From Steroidobacteraceae bacterium (GTDB lineage Bacteria > Pseudomonadota > Gammaproteobacteria > Steroidobacterales > Steroidobacteraceae), in assembly GCA_036733765.1 (NCBI GenBank), contig DAIMZW010000001.1:32239-96238 (forward strand): a stretch of 64,000 bases of DNA, given 5' to 3'. Both the position numbers and the translations under genes were made by a program. Below the pieces are notes generated by a model. The model did not search any database, was not told the origin of the DNA, and saw nothing but the letters and a program-made list of their open reading frames with translations. Positions 27,697 to 38,713 of the stretch are shown here, one piece after another. Numbering within the stretch: position 1 is the stretch's first letter; every line of letters starts with the position of its first letter.

Positions 27697-30599
27697 CGTT
27701 GGATTTTGGGGTTCTGAGGCTTGCGTTCCTGGCCGGCGCGGTGCTGGTCTCGCCGCTGCTCACGGCGGCGCAGCCGGCGATGCCGACGAGCGATGCGCCC
27801 GCGGCGGCTGTACCCGTGGCCGTACCGGTGCCCTTACCGGTGCCGATTCCGGCCGGAGAAGAGGCTTCAGCGGCCGATTGGGCTGCCACGCTCGAGCACA
27901 TCGCCGGCAGCGTAGTGGCGATCCAGATCGATCAGGCGCGCTCGTTCGACACCGAGCGCAACGTTTCCGCACAGGCGACCGGTTTCGTCGTCGATGCCGA
28001 GCGCGGTCTGATCCTGACCAACCGCCACGTCGTGACCCCGGGCCCGGTGACCGCCGAGGCGACGTTCCTGAACCGCGAGGAAGTGCAGCTGTATCCGGTG
28101 TATCGCGATCCGGTGCATGACTTCGGTTTCTATCACTACGATCCGAGCAAGCTGCGCTTCATCGCTCCCAAGGCACTGCCTCTGGCGCCGCAGGCGGCAA
28201 AGATCGGCCGCGAGATTCGCGTGGTCGGCAACAATGCCGGCGAGCAGCTCTCGATCCTCGCCGGCACCCTGGCGCGACTGGATCGCGAAGCGCCCGAATA
28301 CGGATTGGGACGCTACAACGACTTCAATACCTTCTACATTCAAGCCGCCTCCGGCACTTCGGGCGGCTCTTCGGGTTCACCGGTCATCGACATTCGCGGC
28401 CGGGTGGTGGCGCTCAACGCGGGCGGCGCGACCGGCGCGGCCTCGAGCTTCTATCTGCCACTCGATCGCGTGCGCCGTGCGCTGCTATTGATCCAGCAGG
28501 GCAAGCCGGTCACGCGCGGCACGCTGCAGACGGAATTTCGATACCGACCCTACGATGAGCTGCGACGGCTTGGGCTGCAAACCGCCACGGAAGCGGAGGT
28601 GCGCAAGGCGCAGCCCGAGGGCACCGGCATGCTGGTAGTGTCCGACGTGCAACCGAGCTCGGGCAGCGATGGCGTGCTGATGCCGGGCGACGTGCTGGTG
28701 CGGGTCAACGGTGCATTGGTCACGCGCTTCGAGCCGCTCGAGGCGGTGCTCGACGATTCGGTCGGCGCCACCGCGGAGCTGCAGCTGCAGCGCGGCGGCA
28801 AGCTCTACACCGCGAAGCTCAAGGTCGACGATCTGGATTCCATCACGCCGGCGGCGTATCTGGAGTTCGGTGACACCGTGGTGCACACGCTCTCGTATCA
28901 GGAGGCGCGGGCATTCCATCGACCGGTGCGCGGCGTGTTCATCGCCGCTTCGGGTTACATATTCGATGGCGCGGGTGTGCCGCGCGGCGCGGTGATCACG
29001 GAGTTGGACTCCAAGAAGGTCGACGATCTGGCGGACTTCGCCGCGGCCGTCCAGGGGCTCGGCGACGGCGCGCAGGCGGCGGTGCGCTACTCGACCATCG
29101 ATGATCCGAACGGCAGCGACCTGCGTTCGATACGCATGGACCGTCGCTGGTTTCCGGCGCGCCAATGCCAGCGCGATGATCGGGCGGGCTATTGGCAATG
29201 CACCGATCTGCCGGCCGTGGCCAAGGTCGCGGCGCCGGCGCCGGCCTCCACCCAATTGCCGCGAATCGATGACAAGCGCGCCGCGGAAATCGCCCCCTCG
29301 CTGGCATTCATCAACTTCGATATGCCCTATTCGATCTCGGGCGTAGCCGAACGCAATTACCACGGCACGGGCCTCATCATCGATGCCGAGCGCGGACTGC
29401 TGATCACCGATCGCAATACGGTGCCGGTGTCGATGGGCGACGTGCGTCTGACCTTTGCCGGCACGCTCGAGATTCCTGGCGATATCGTCTATGTGCATCC
29501 GCTGCACAATCTGGCCGTCATTCATTACGATCCGAAGCTCATTGGCACGACTGCGGTGCGCGCGGCGAAGCTCGCCACCGAGGAGCTCAAGCCCGGCGAG
29601 ACGGTCAATGTCGTCGGCATGGACGGCAGCGGGGTGATCAAATCTCGCACGACCACCATTGCCGATGTGAGTCCATTACAACTGCCGCTGTCGCGTTCGG
29701 TCATGTTCCGGGAGAGCAATCTGGAGGCCGCCTCACTGGTCAATGCGCCGGATGATTTCGTCGGCGTGCTCTCGGACAACGCCGGGCGCGTGCGCGGCCT
29801 GTGGGCGAGCTTTGCTTCCGACAATGGCCGCGAACTGATGCAGGAAAACCGCGGTATCTCGAGCGAGCTCGTGGCCGAGACGCTCGATATCGTGCGCGCT
29901 GGTCTGCCATTGCATTCGCTCGAGGCCGAATTCGTCTCGCAAACGCTCGCGGATGCGCGACGCTTTGGTCTCAGCGATTCGTGGGTGCAGCGCATCTCGC
30001 AGGTCAACCCGTCGGCGCGCGAGGTGCTCAGCGTTGCGCGTCTGGTGGGCGGCTCGGATGCGGCGCGGGTGTTGCGGCCCGGAGATATCCTGCTGGCGAT
30101 CGACGATAAGCCGGTAACGCAGTTCCGCGATGTCGAGCGCGCCGTGGCCAAGAAAGAAGAAGTCAGCACCACCGTCTGGCGCGTGAGCGGTGAGACAACG
30201 CTGCGCGTGAAGACGGCCAGCCTGTCGGGCAGCGACGTCGACGCGATAGTGCAGTGGGCCGGTGCGACGCTGCAGGCGCCCCACCGGGCCATCAGCGCCC
30301 AGCGCGGCATCGCGCCCCAGGGCGTTTATGTCGCATACTTCGAATTCGGCTCGCCGGCATCGCGTTATGGTCTGGTGCCGGGCCGGCGAATCGTTGAGGT
30401 CGACGGGCAGCCGACGCCGGATCTTGACGCTTTTCTGCGACAAGTCAGCGGTCGACCCGACCGGTCATCCTTGCGAATCAAGACACTATCCTGGAATGGT
30501 GCACCGGAAGTCATCACTTTGAAGCTCGACCGCCATTATTGGCCGGCTTACGAGCTGCAGCGCACGGCTGTGGGCTGGGAGCGACATTCGCTCGAATAG
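27693..30599 (+). CDS. Secreted Nma111/DEG7-type tandem HtrA-like serine protease with PDZ-like domains
   Basis: 968 aa with an N-terminal signal-like segment. The first trypsin-like half has TNRHVV (His), YRDPVHDFGF (Asp) and SGTSGGSSGSPV (Ser), closely resembling yeast Nma111. The second half (ITDRNTV, HPLHNLAV) lacks the triad. Confidence 0.85.
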   Translation: MTLDFGVLRLAFLAGAVLVSPLLTAAQPAMPTSDAPAAAVPVAVPVPLPVPIPAGEEASAADWAATLEHIAGSVVAIQIDQARSFDTERNVSAQATGFVVDAERGLILTNRHVVTPGPVTAEATFLNREEVQLYPVYRDPVHDFGFYHYDPSKLRFIAPKALPLAPQAAKIGREIRVVGNNAGEQLSILAGTLARLDREAPEYGLGRYNDFNTFYIQAASGTSGGSSGSPVIDIRGRVVALNAGGATGAASSFYLPLDRVRRALLLIQQGKPVTRGTLQTEFRYRPYDELRRLGLQTATEAEVRKAQPEGTGMLVVSDVQPSSGSDGVLMPGDVLVRVNGALVTRFEPLEAVLDDSVGATAELQLQRGGKLYTAKLKVDDLDSITPAAYLEFGDTVVHTLSYQEARAFHRPVRGVFIAASGYIFDGAGVPRGAVITELDSKKVDDLADFAAAVQGLGDGAQAAVRYSTIDDPNGSDLRSIRMDRRWFPARQCQRDDRAGYWQCTDLPAVAKVAAPAPASTQLPRIDDKRAAEIAPSLAFINFDMPYSISGVAERNYHGTGLIIDAERGLLITDRNTVPVSMGDVRLTFAGTLEIPGDIVYVHPLHNLAVIHYDPKLIGTTAVRAAKLATEELKPGETVNVVGMDGSGVIKSRTTTIADVSPLQLPLSRSVMFRESNLEAASLVNAPDDFVGVLSDNAGRVRGLWASFASDNGRELMQENRGISSELVAETLDIVRAGLPLHSLEAEFVSQTLADARRFGLSDSWVQRISQVNPSAREVLSVARLVGGSDAARVLRPGDILLAIDDKPVTQFRDVERAVAKKEEVSTTVWRVSGETTLRVKTASLSGSDVDAIVQWAGATLQAPHRAISAQRGIAPQGVYVAYFEFGSPASRYGLVPGRRIVEVDGQPTPDLDAFLRQVSGRPDRSSLRIKTLSWNGAPEVITLKLDRHYWPAYELQRTAVGWERHSLE

Positions 30600-30628
30600 C
30601 GTCACACGGCGCCGGTACAATTGACCCC

Positions 30629-31657
30629 ATGGTAAAGGTGTTGCGTGCGACGCATTTCGAGCTCGACGCCGCCGTGCAGGCGCTGCGCAACGGTGAGCTC
30701 GTGGCTTTTCCGACCGAAACCGTTTACGGGCTCGGCGCGCATGCCGGCCACCCGGGCGCGCTGCGGCGCGTGTTCGAGCTCAAGGGCCGTCCGACCTCGC
30801 ATCCGCTCATCGTGCATCTGGACAGTGTGCGTTTTCTGACCCGCTGGGCGCGGGAGGTACCAGCCGCGGCCGAGCAGCTCGCCGCGAGCTTCTGGCCCGG
30901 TCCGCTGACTTTGGTACTGCCGAAGGCGCACAACGTGCATCCGCTCTTGACCGGAGGACAGGATACCGTGGCGGTGCGGATCCCCGCGCACCCGATGGCG
31001 CAGCAGCTGCTGACCGCCTTTGGCGGCGGCATCGCCGCGCCGTCGGCCAACCGCTATGGCCGCTTGAGCCCGACCCGGGCGGAACATGTGCGCGATGAGT
31101 TCGGCGAGGCCGTGAGCGTCATCCTCGATGGCGGGGACTCCAAACTGGGGCTCGAGTCGACCATCGTCGCCTGTGTGGACGACAGCGTGCGGCTGCTGCG
31201 GCCAGGCTCGATCAGCCTCTCGCAGCTGCAGCGCGTGGTCGGAGAGGTGCTGACACAGCCATCGGCGCAAGCGGCGCGCGCCCCCGGCAGCCACGGCGCA
31301 CATTACGCCCCGACCACGCCGCTGGCGATTGCCTCGTCCGAGGAGATCGAACAGCTCGCCGACGAGCTGTCGGGACCCGGGCATCGTATCGCGGTGCTGG
31401 CGCAGCGCCCGCCGCTGCGCGCCCATCAGTTCGTGACCTGGATCAATGGCGGGACGCGGCCCGAGGCCTACGCGCATGATCTGTATGCGCACCTGCGGGC
31501 GCTCGACAAGTCCGCGTGTGTGCGCATCCTGGTGCAGGCAGTGCCCGGCGATGAGCGCTGGGATGCGATACGCGATCGCTTGGCCCGGGCAGCGGCCGCG
31601 AGCGTGGCCGAGAAGCATGCGGATGATGATTCACCGGCAGTAGGCGTGCTGCCGTGA
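30629..31657 (+). CDS. tsaC: L-threonylcarbamoyladenylate synthase (Sua5-type, long form)
   Basis: It starts MVKVLRAT... and contains FPTETVYGLGA, SANRYG and a C-terminal Sua5 domain. The track ORF (30539..) is over-extended. Confidence 0.9.
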   Translation: MVKVLRATHFELDAAVQALRNGELVAFPTETVYGLGAHAGHPGALRRVFELKGRPTSHPLIVHLDSVRFLTRWAREVPAAAEQLAASFWPGPLTLVLPKAHNVHPLLTGGQDTVAVRIPAHPMAQQLLTAFGGGIAAPSANRYGRLSPTRAEHVRDEFGEAVSVILDGGDSKLGLESTIVACVDDSVRLLRPGSISLSQLQRVVGEVLTQPSAQAARAPGSHGAHYAPTTPLAIASSEEIEQLADELSGPGHRIAVLAQRPPLRAHQFVTWINGGTRPEAYAHDLYAHLRALDKSACVRILVQAVPGDERWDAIRDRLARAAAASVAEKHADDDSPAVGVLP

Positions 31658-31670
31658 CCGCGCCGTCCTG

Positions 31671-32837
31671 ATGCCGCGCGTTATCGATCCATTTGAGCCA
31701 ACGCAGATCCGGCGGCTGGTGCGCGAATTCGGCTCGCCGCTGCTGATCGTCGATTGCGCGCGTGCGCGCACTCAATATCGCAAGCTGCGCCGTGCACTTC
31801 CGCAGGTGGCTTTGCATTACGCGCTCAAGCCGCTGCCGCACGCGGCAGTGGTGCGCAGCATTATCGAGGAGGGCGGCTCGCTCGATCTGGCCACTACCGG
31901 TGAGATCCAGCTTGCGGCCTCGCTGGGGATTGATCCGGGCCGGTGCATCGACACGCACCCGATCAAGCGCGAGCGCGACATCCGCAATGCGCTCGAGTAC
32001 GGCGTGCGCACCTTCGTCGCCGACAACGTCGACGAGGTGCGCAAGTTCAAGCGTTACGGCGAGCGTGTGTCGCTGTTGCTGCGGGTGTCGTTTCGCAGTC
32101 CGGGCGCGGTCTGCGACCTGTCGCGCAAATTTGGCTGCGATCCGGAGGATGCGATTGCATTGGCGCGCTTCGCGGCCTCGCTCGGCATCGATGTGCTGGG
32201 ATTCTCATTTCATGTCGGCTCGCAGGCTGCCGACGCGCTCAAGCACGTCGAGGCGATCGAGGCGTGCCGGCTGCTGCTCGCGAGTGCGCGGCGCGAGCGG
32301 CTCGGCACCCTCGATATGCTCGATATCGGCGGCGGGTTCCCGATTGATTACCTGCAGCGCGCTCTGGACATCCAGAAATTCTGCGCACCGATCCGCGCGT
32401 CGTTGGCCAAGTTGCCCGCGCGCGTGCGCGTGCTGGCCGAGCCCGGGCGCTTCATCGTCGGCCCGGCCGCCATCGGCGTCGCGACGGTCATGGGGCGCGC
32501 GCGCCGCGAAGGGCACTGGTGGTACTACCTCGATGATGGGTTGTACGGCTCTTATAGTGGACAGCTCTACGATCACGCCCACTATCCGGTCGAGTCGCTG
32601 CGACAGGGTGAGCCGCGTCTGCCCTCGGTGCTGGCCGGTCCGACCTGCGACAGCATCGATGTGATCGCCGAGAACCTGATGCTGCCGCAGCTCAAGGCCG
32701 GCGACTTGATCGTGGGCCGGGCGATGGGCGCATATACCTGGGCCAGCGCTTCGCAATTCAATTTCTTTCCCAAGGCGACGGTGGTGGCCGTCAATCGCCA
32801 AGCCGGCGATCTGGGCGGCACAGAATCGGGTCCATGA
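31671..32837 (+). CDS. Fold-type III PLP-dependent decarboxylase (ornithine/lysine/DAP decarboxylase family)
   Basis: 388 aa. HYALKPLP (PLP lysine), GGGFP and AGPTCDSID are typical of the Orn/DAP/Arg decarboxylase family 2. Confidence 0.8.
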   Translation: MPRVIDPFEPTQIRRLVREFGSPLLIVDCARARTQYRKLRRALPQVALHYALKPLPHAAVVRSIIEEGGSLDLATTGEIQLAASLGIDPGRCIDTHPIKRERDIRNALEYGVRTFVADNVDEVRKFKRYGERVSLLLRVSFRSPGAVCDLSRKFGCDPEDAIALARFAASLGIDVLGFSFHVGSQAADALKHVEAIEACRLLLASARRERLGTLDMLDIGGGFPIDYLQRALDIQKFCAPIRASLAKLPARVRVLAEPGRFIVGPAAIGVATVMGRARREGHWWYYLDDGLYGSYSGQLYDHAHYPVESLRQGEPRLPSVLAGPTCDSIDVIAENLMLPQLKAGDLIVGRAMGAYTWASASQFNFFPKATVVAVNRQAGDLGGTESGP

Positions 32838-32898
32838 ATCACAGCGGCGGGTGGACGGGGTGCAACACTGGGCGCCGGCCGCTCGGCAGCAAAAAGCT

Positions 32899-34995
<2,097 letters not shown>

Positions 34996-35057
34996 GGGTT
35001 TGGGCCGGTTTTCCAGTAAAATGGCGGGGCCACTATAACGGATCACCGCCGCCCCCC

Positions 35058-36296
35058 ATGTCAGTCCAGGTTGAAGTTCCGGCCGCGCCGGGCACGGCCA
35101 CGGCCGCCGACCTGCCGGTCCTGCGCCTCAAGCGCGGCGAAGACCGCCGGCTGCGCGCAGGCCATCTGTGGGTGTTCTCGAACGAGGTGGATAACGATGC
35201 CACGCCGTTGACGCACCTGCCGGTTGGCGCAATGGTCCGCGTACTGTCCGACCGGGATCAGTTCCTCGGCTATGCCTACGTCAACCCGCATGCCTTGATC
35301 TGCGCCCGGATTCTGAGCCGCAGTCCGGTGCACCCTCCCGATCGCTCACTGCTGGTGCATCGGCTCAAGGTGGCCCTGGCATTGCGCGAGCGACTTTACA
35401 CCGCGCCGTATTACCGCTGGGTGTTCGGTGAGTCGGACGGCCTGCCGGGGCTGGTGCTGGACCGCTACGGCGAGATCGTCGTGGGTCAGATTGCCACCGC
35501 GGGCATGGAAGCGCTGCGCTCGGAAATCGAAGCGGCGGTGGTCGCGGTACTCGATCCGCGCGTGCTGGTATGGAAGAACGACGGCGCTGCGCGTGAGCTC
35601 GAGCAGCTGCCGCGCCAGGTACTCACGGCGATTGGCCGGTTTCCGGAGGAACTGCAGGTGCTCGAATCGGGGCTGAACTTCACCGTGCCTCTGGCCTCGG
35701 CTCAAAAGACCGGATGGTTCTACGATCAGCGCGCCAACCGCGAGCAATGGCGAGGCCTGATCGCACCCGGGGCGCGAGTATTGGATGTGTGCAGCTACGC
35801 CGGCGCCTGGGCGATCGCGGCGCTGTCCCGTGGGGCGGGCATCGCCCTGTGCGTCGATTCCTCGGAGGCGGCGCTGGCGGTCGCGGCACGCAACGCGGCT
35901 GCGAACGGCGTGGCCATCGCGACGCGGCGCGGCGATGCCTTCGAAGTGCTCGATGAGCTCGTGCGCGCCGGTGAGCGCTTCGACGCGATCGTGCTCGATC
36001 CGCCGGCGTTCATCAAGCGCAAGAAAGACATCCCGCGCGGCCAGGCGGCCTATCGCAAACTCAATCAGGTGGCGATGCGGCTGCTCGAACGCGATGCGCT
36101 GCTCGTGAGCTGCTCGTGTTCCTACCATCTCGCACCCGAGGAGCTGCTCGGGCTGATCCAGTCGGCCGCGCGCAATACCAGCCGCTTCGTGCAGATTCTC
36201 TACAGCGGCGGCCAGGCGCCGGATCATCCGCTGCACCCCGCGATCCCTGAGACACGCTATCTGAAAGCTTTCTTCTGCCGCGCCACGCGCGAGTGA
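35058..36296 (+). CDS. Class I SAM-dependent rRNA methyltransferase (RlmI-like, PUA plus MTase)
   Basis: It starts MSVQVEV... and contains [21 protein letters not shown] (PUA-like), [10 protein letters not shown] and VLDPPAF (MTase motifs). The track ORF (34968..) is over-extended. Confidence 0.8.
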   Translation: MSVQVEVPAAPGTATAADLPVLRLKRGEDRRLRAGHLWVFSNEVDNDATPLTHLPVGAMVRVLSDRDQFLGYAYVNPHALICARILSRSPVHPPDRSLLVHRLKVALALRERLYTAPYYRWVFGESDGLPGLVLDRYGEIVVGQIATAGMEALRSEIEAAVVAVLDPRVLVWKNDGAARELEQLPRQVLTAIGRFPEELQVLESGLNFTVPLASAQKTGWFYDQRANREQWRGLIAPGARVLDVCSYAGAWAIAALSRGAGIALCVDSSEAALAVAARNAAANGVAIATRRGDAFEVLDELVRAGERFDAIVLDPPAFIKRKKDIPRGQAAYRKLNQVAMRLLERDALLVSCSCSYHLAPEELLGLIQSAARNTSRFVQILYSGGQAPDHPLHPAIPETRYLKAFFCRATRE

Positions 36297-36345
36297 GCCG
36301 TTGAGCAGCACAGCAGCAGCTGCTGCAACCCGTTAGAATTACTCA

Positions 36346-37164
36346 ATGCTTCGCTATCCGCACATCGACCCGATCGCCATCAGCCTCGGCCCAGTGCGCA
36401 TCCACTGGTATGGGGTCATGTACCTGGCTGGCTTCGCCGCGGCGTGGTGGCTCGCGCGCCGCCGCGCAGCTCAGCCCAATTCGAGCTGGAGGCCCGTCGA
36501 CGTCGATGACTACGTATTCTACGCGATGCTCGGTGTCATCCTCGGCGGGCGCATCGGCTACGTGCTGTTCTACGGGCTGCCGCTCTGGCGCGCCGATTGG
36601 CTCTATCTGTTCAAAATCTGGGAGGGCGGGATGTCCTTCCATGGCGGGCTGCTCGGGGTCATCGCTGCCACGGCGATCTTCGCGCGCCAGCGCGGGCGGC
36701 GCATCGGCGATGTCTTCGACTTCGGCGCGCCATTGCCCGGCGTGGGTATCATCTGCGTGCGCATCGGCAATTTCATCAATGGTGAGCTCTGGGGCCGCCC
36801 GACGGATGGGCCCTGGGCCATGCTGGTGCCGGATCCAAACGGCGGGCCGCCGATCGCGCGCCATCCCTCGCAGCTCTATGAAGCGACCCTCGAGGGGCTG
36901 GTGCTGTTCAGCGTGCTGTGGCTCTACACGAGGCGGCCGCGGCCGCGCTACGCGCCCTCGGGATTGTTCCTGATCTGCTATTCGCTGGCACGCATTGCGG
37001 TGGAGTTCGTGCGCGAACCGGATGCGCAGATCGGCTACCTGGCCGGCGGCTGGTTGACGATGGGGCAGCTGCTGTCGGCGCCGATGCTGGTGCTCGGCAT
37101 CGCGATGATGTTGGTTGCTTACCGGCAGCGCACGCCTTCGGGCAATTTTGTGCCGGTGCAATGA
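36346..37164 (+). CDS. lgt: Prolipoprotein diacylglyceryl transferase
   Basis: 272 aa with [16 protein letters not shown] and HPSQLYE, and lgt-thyA synteny. Confidence 0.95.
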   Translation: MLRYPHIDPIAISLGPVRIHWYGVMYLAGFAAAWWLARRRAAQPNSSWRPVDVDDYVFYAMLGVILGGRIGYVLFYGLPLWRADWLYLFKIWEGGMSFHGGLLGVIAATAIFARQRGRRIGDVFDFGAPLPGVGIICVRIGNFINGELWGRPTDGPWAMLVPDPNGGPPIARHPSQLYEATLEGLVLFSVLWLYTRRPRPRYAPSGLFLICYSLARIAVEFVREPDAQIGYLAGGWLTMGQLLSAPMLVLGIAMMLVAYRQRTPSGNFVPVQ

Positions 37165-37180
37165 AACCCCAGGCAGGTCC

Positions 37181-38017
37181 ATGGACCAGGCATACCTGAG
37201 CCTACTGCGGGACATCCTAGAGAACGGCGCCAAGAAGAGCGACCGCACCGGCACGGGTACGCTATCGGTGTTTGGTCGCATGTTCCGTCACGACCTTCGA
37301 AACGGCTTGCCGCTTCTCACGACCAAACGGCTGCACGTCAAGTCGATCTTGTATGAGCTGCTCTGGTTTCTGAGGGGCGACACGAACATCAAGTTCCTCA
37401 AGGACAACGGGGTGTCCATCTGGGACCAGTGGGCGACCCCGGAAGGAGAGCTCGGTCCGGTGTACGGCGCGCAGTGGCGCGCGTGGAACGGGCCATCCGG
37501 CAAGACGATTGACCAGGTCGCCGCGCTGGTCCAAAGCATTCGCAGCAAGCCCGACAGTCGCCGGCATATCATCAACGCATGGAACGTTGCGTACCTGCCG
37601 GACGAATCCAAGGCGCCACAGCTCAACGCCGCCGAAGGGAAGATGGCATTGGCTCCGTGCCACGTCATGTACCAGTTCTACGTCGTGAGCGGGCGCTTGA
37701 GCTGTATGCTCACGCAACGCAGTTGCGACGTGTACCTGGGTCTGCCTTACAACGCAGCGAGCACGGCATTTCTGACCTGCATGGTTGCACAGCAGTGCGA
37801 TCTTGAACCAGGCGAGGTCATCTATTCGCTGGGCGACGCGCACCTCTATTCGAATCACCTCGAGCAGGCTCGCTTGCAGCTGACTCGCGCACCGCGTGCT
37901 CTGCCGAGGCTTACGCTCAAACGCAAGCCGCCTTCGATTTTCGACTATCAATTTGGCGACTTCGAGTTGCTCGGCTACGACCCGCATCCTCATATTCCCG
38001 CCCCGATCGCGAAATAG
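37181..38017 (+). CDS. thyA: Thymidylate synthase
   Basis: It starts [16 protein letters not shown] and contains DRTGTGT and the active-site LAPCH. The track ORF (37115..) is over-extended. Confidence 0.97.
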   Translation: MDQAYLSLLRDILENGAKKSDRTGTGTLSVFGRMFRHDLRNGLPLLTTKRLHVKSILYELLWFLRGDTNIKFLKDNGVSIWDQWATPEGELGPVYGAQWRAWNGPSGKTIDQVAALVQSIRSKPDSRRHIINAWNVAYLPDESKAPQLNAAEGKMALAPCHVMYQFYVVSGRLSCMLTQRSCDVYLGLPYNAASTAFLTCMVAQQCDLEPGEVIYSLGDAHLYSNHLEQARLQLTRAPRALPRLTLKRKPPSIFDYQFGDFELLGYDPHPHIPAPIAK

Positions 38018-38146
38018 ACGCCATAGCGAATCACAGGTCCAGCGTTGGAAGTTTGCTCATCGCGTGCTCCGGGAGGACGATAACCCGCCCACCGGCAGCT
38101 TGCATGCCGGTACAATCCGGAGCTGCCATGCGGACAGACGAGGATT

Positions 38147-38713
38147 ATGAGCCGGGCACGCAAAAAGCACAGTCAACCCAAAGCTAAGCCTAGAGCTAAG
38201 CCTAGAGCTAAGCCGCGGTTCGTGCCGGCGATTCCGGCTCGGCCGGACATGCTGCGAGTGCGCCGCTCGCGTCTGCACGGCCGCGGGGTGTTTGCACTGC
38301 GCCGCATTCGCAAAGGGACGCGCATCATCGAGTATCTGGGCGACCGCGTGTCGCATCGGGAGGCTGATAACCGTTATGGGCACAAACCCATCGACGACAA
38401 TCACACTTTCCTGTTTATCGTCGATCGCTCGACCGTCATCGACGGCGGCAGTGCCAGTGGCAACGATGCGCGCTTCATCAACCATTCCTGCGATCCCAAT
38501 TGCGAGTCGCTGATCGATGATCGACGCGTATTCATCGAGGCCGTGCGCACCATCCAACCCGGCGACGAGCTGACCTACGACTACCAGATCGGGCGCGATA
38601 AGGAAGATCCGCCAAACGTGGATGAAATCTTTGCCTGCCGCTGCGGGGCAAACAGTTGTCGCGGCTCGATGCTCTGGCCGGCCAGGCGCAAACCACGCCC
38701 GAAGGGATCGTGA
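38147..38713 (+). CDS. SET-domain protein-lysine methyltransferase-like protein
   Basis: 188 aa with GRGVFA, RFINHSCDPN, ELTYDY and a post-SET Cys cluster CRCGANSCRG. The basic N-terminus carries (K/R)AKP repeats. An alternative start is the Met at residue 35. Confidence 0.85.
   Translation: MSRARKKHSQPKAKPRAKPRAKPRFVPAIPARPDMLRVRRSRLHGRGVFALRRIRKGTRIIEYLGDRVSHREADNRYGHKPIDDNHTFLFIVDRSTVIDGGSASGNDARFINHSCDPNCESLIDDRRVFIEAVRTIQPGDELTYDYQIGRDKEDPPNVDEIFACRCGANSCRGSMLWPARRKPRPKGS
38180..38215 (+). repeat. In-frame 12-bp tandem repeat (3 units) in the 5' part of the SET gene
   Basis: AAAGCTAAGCCT / AGAGCTAAGCCT / AGAGCTAAGCCG encode KAKP-RAKP-RAKP. The AGA and CTA triplets stand out against the GC-rich codon usage elsewhere. 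Confidence 0.85.
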
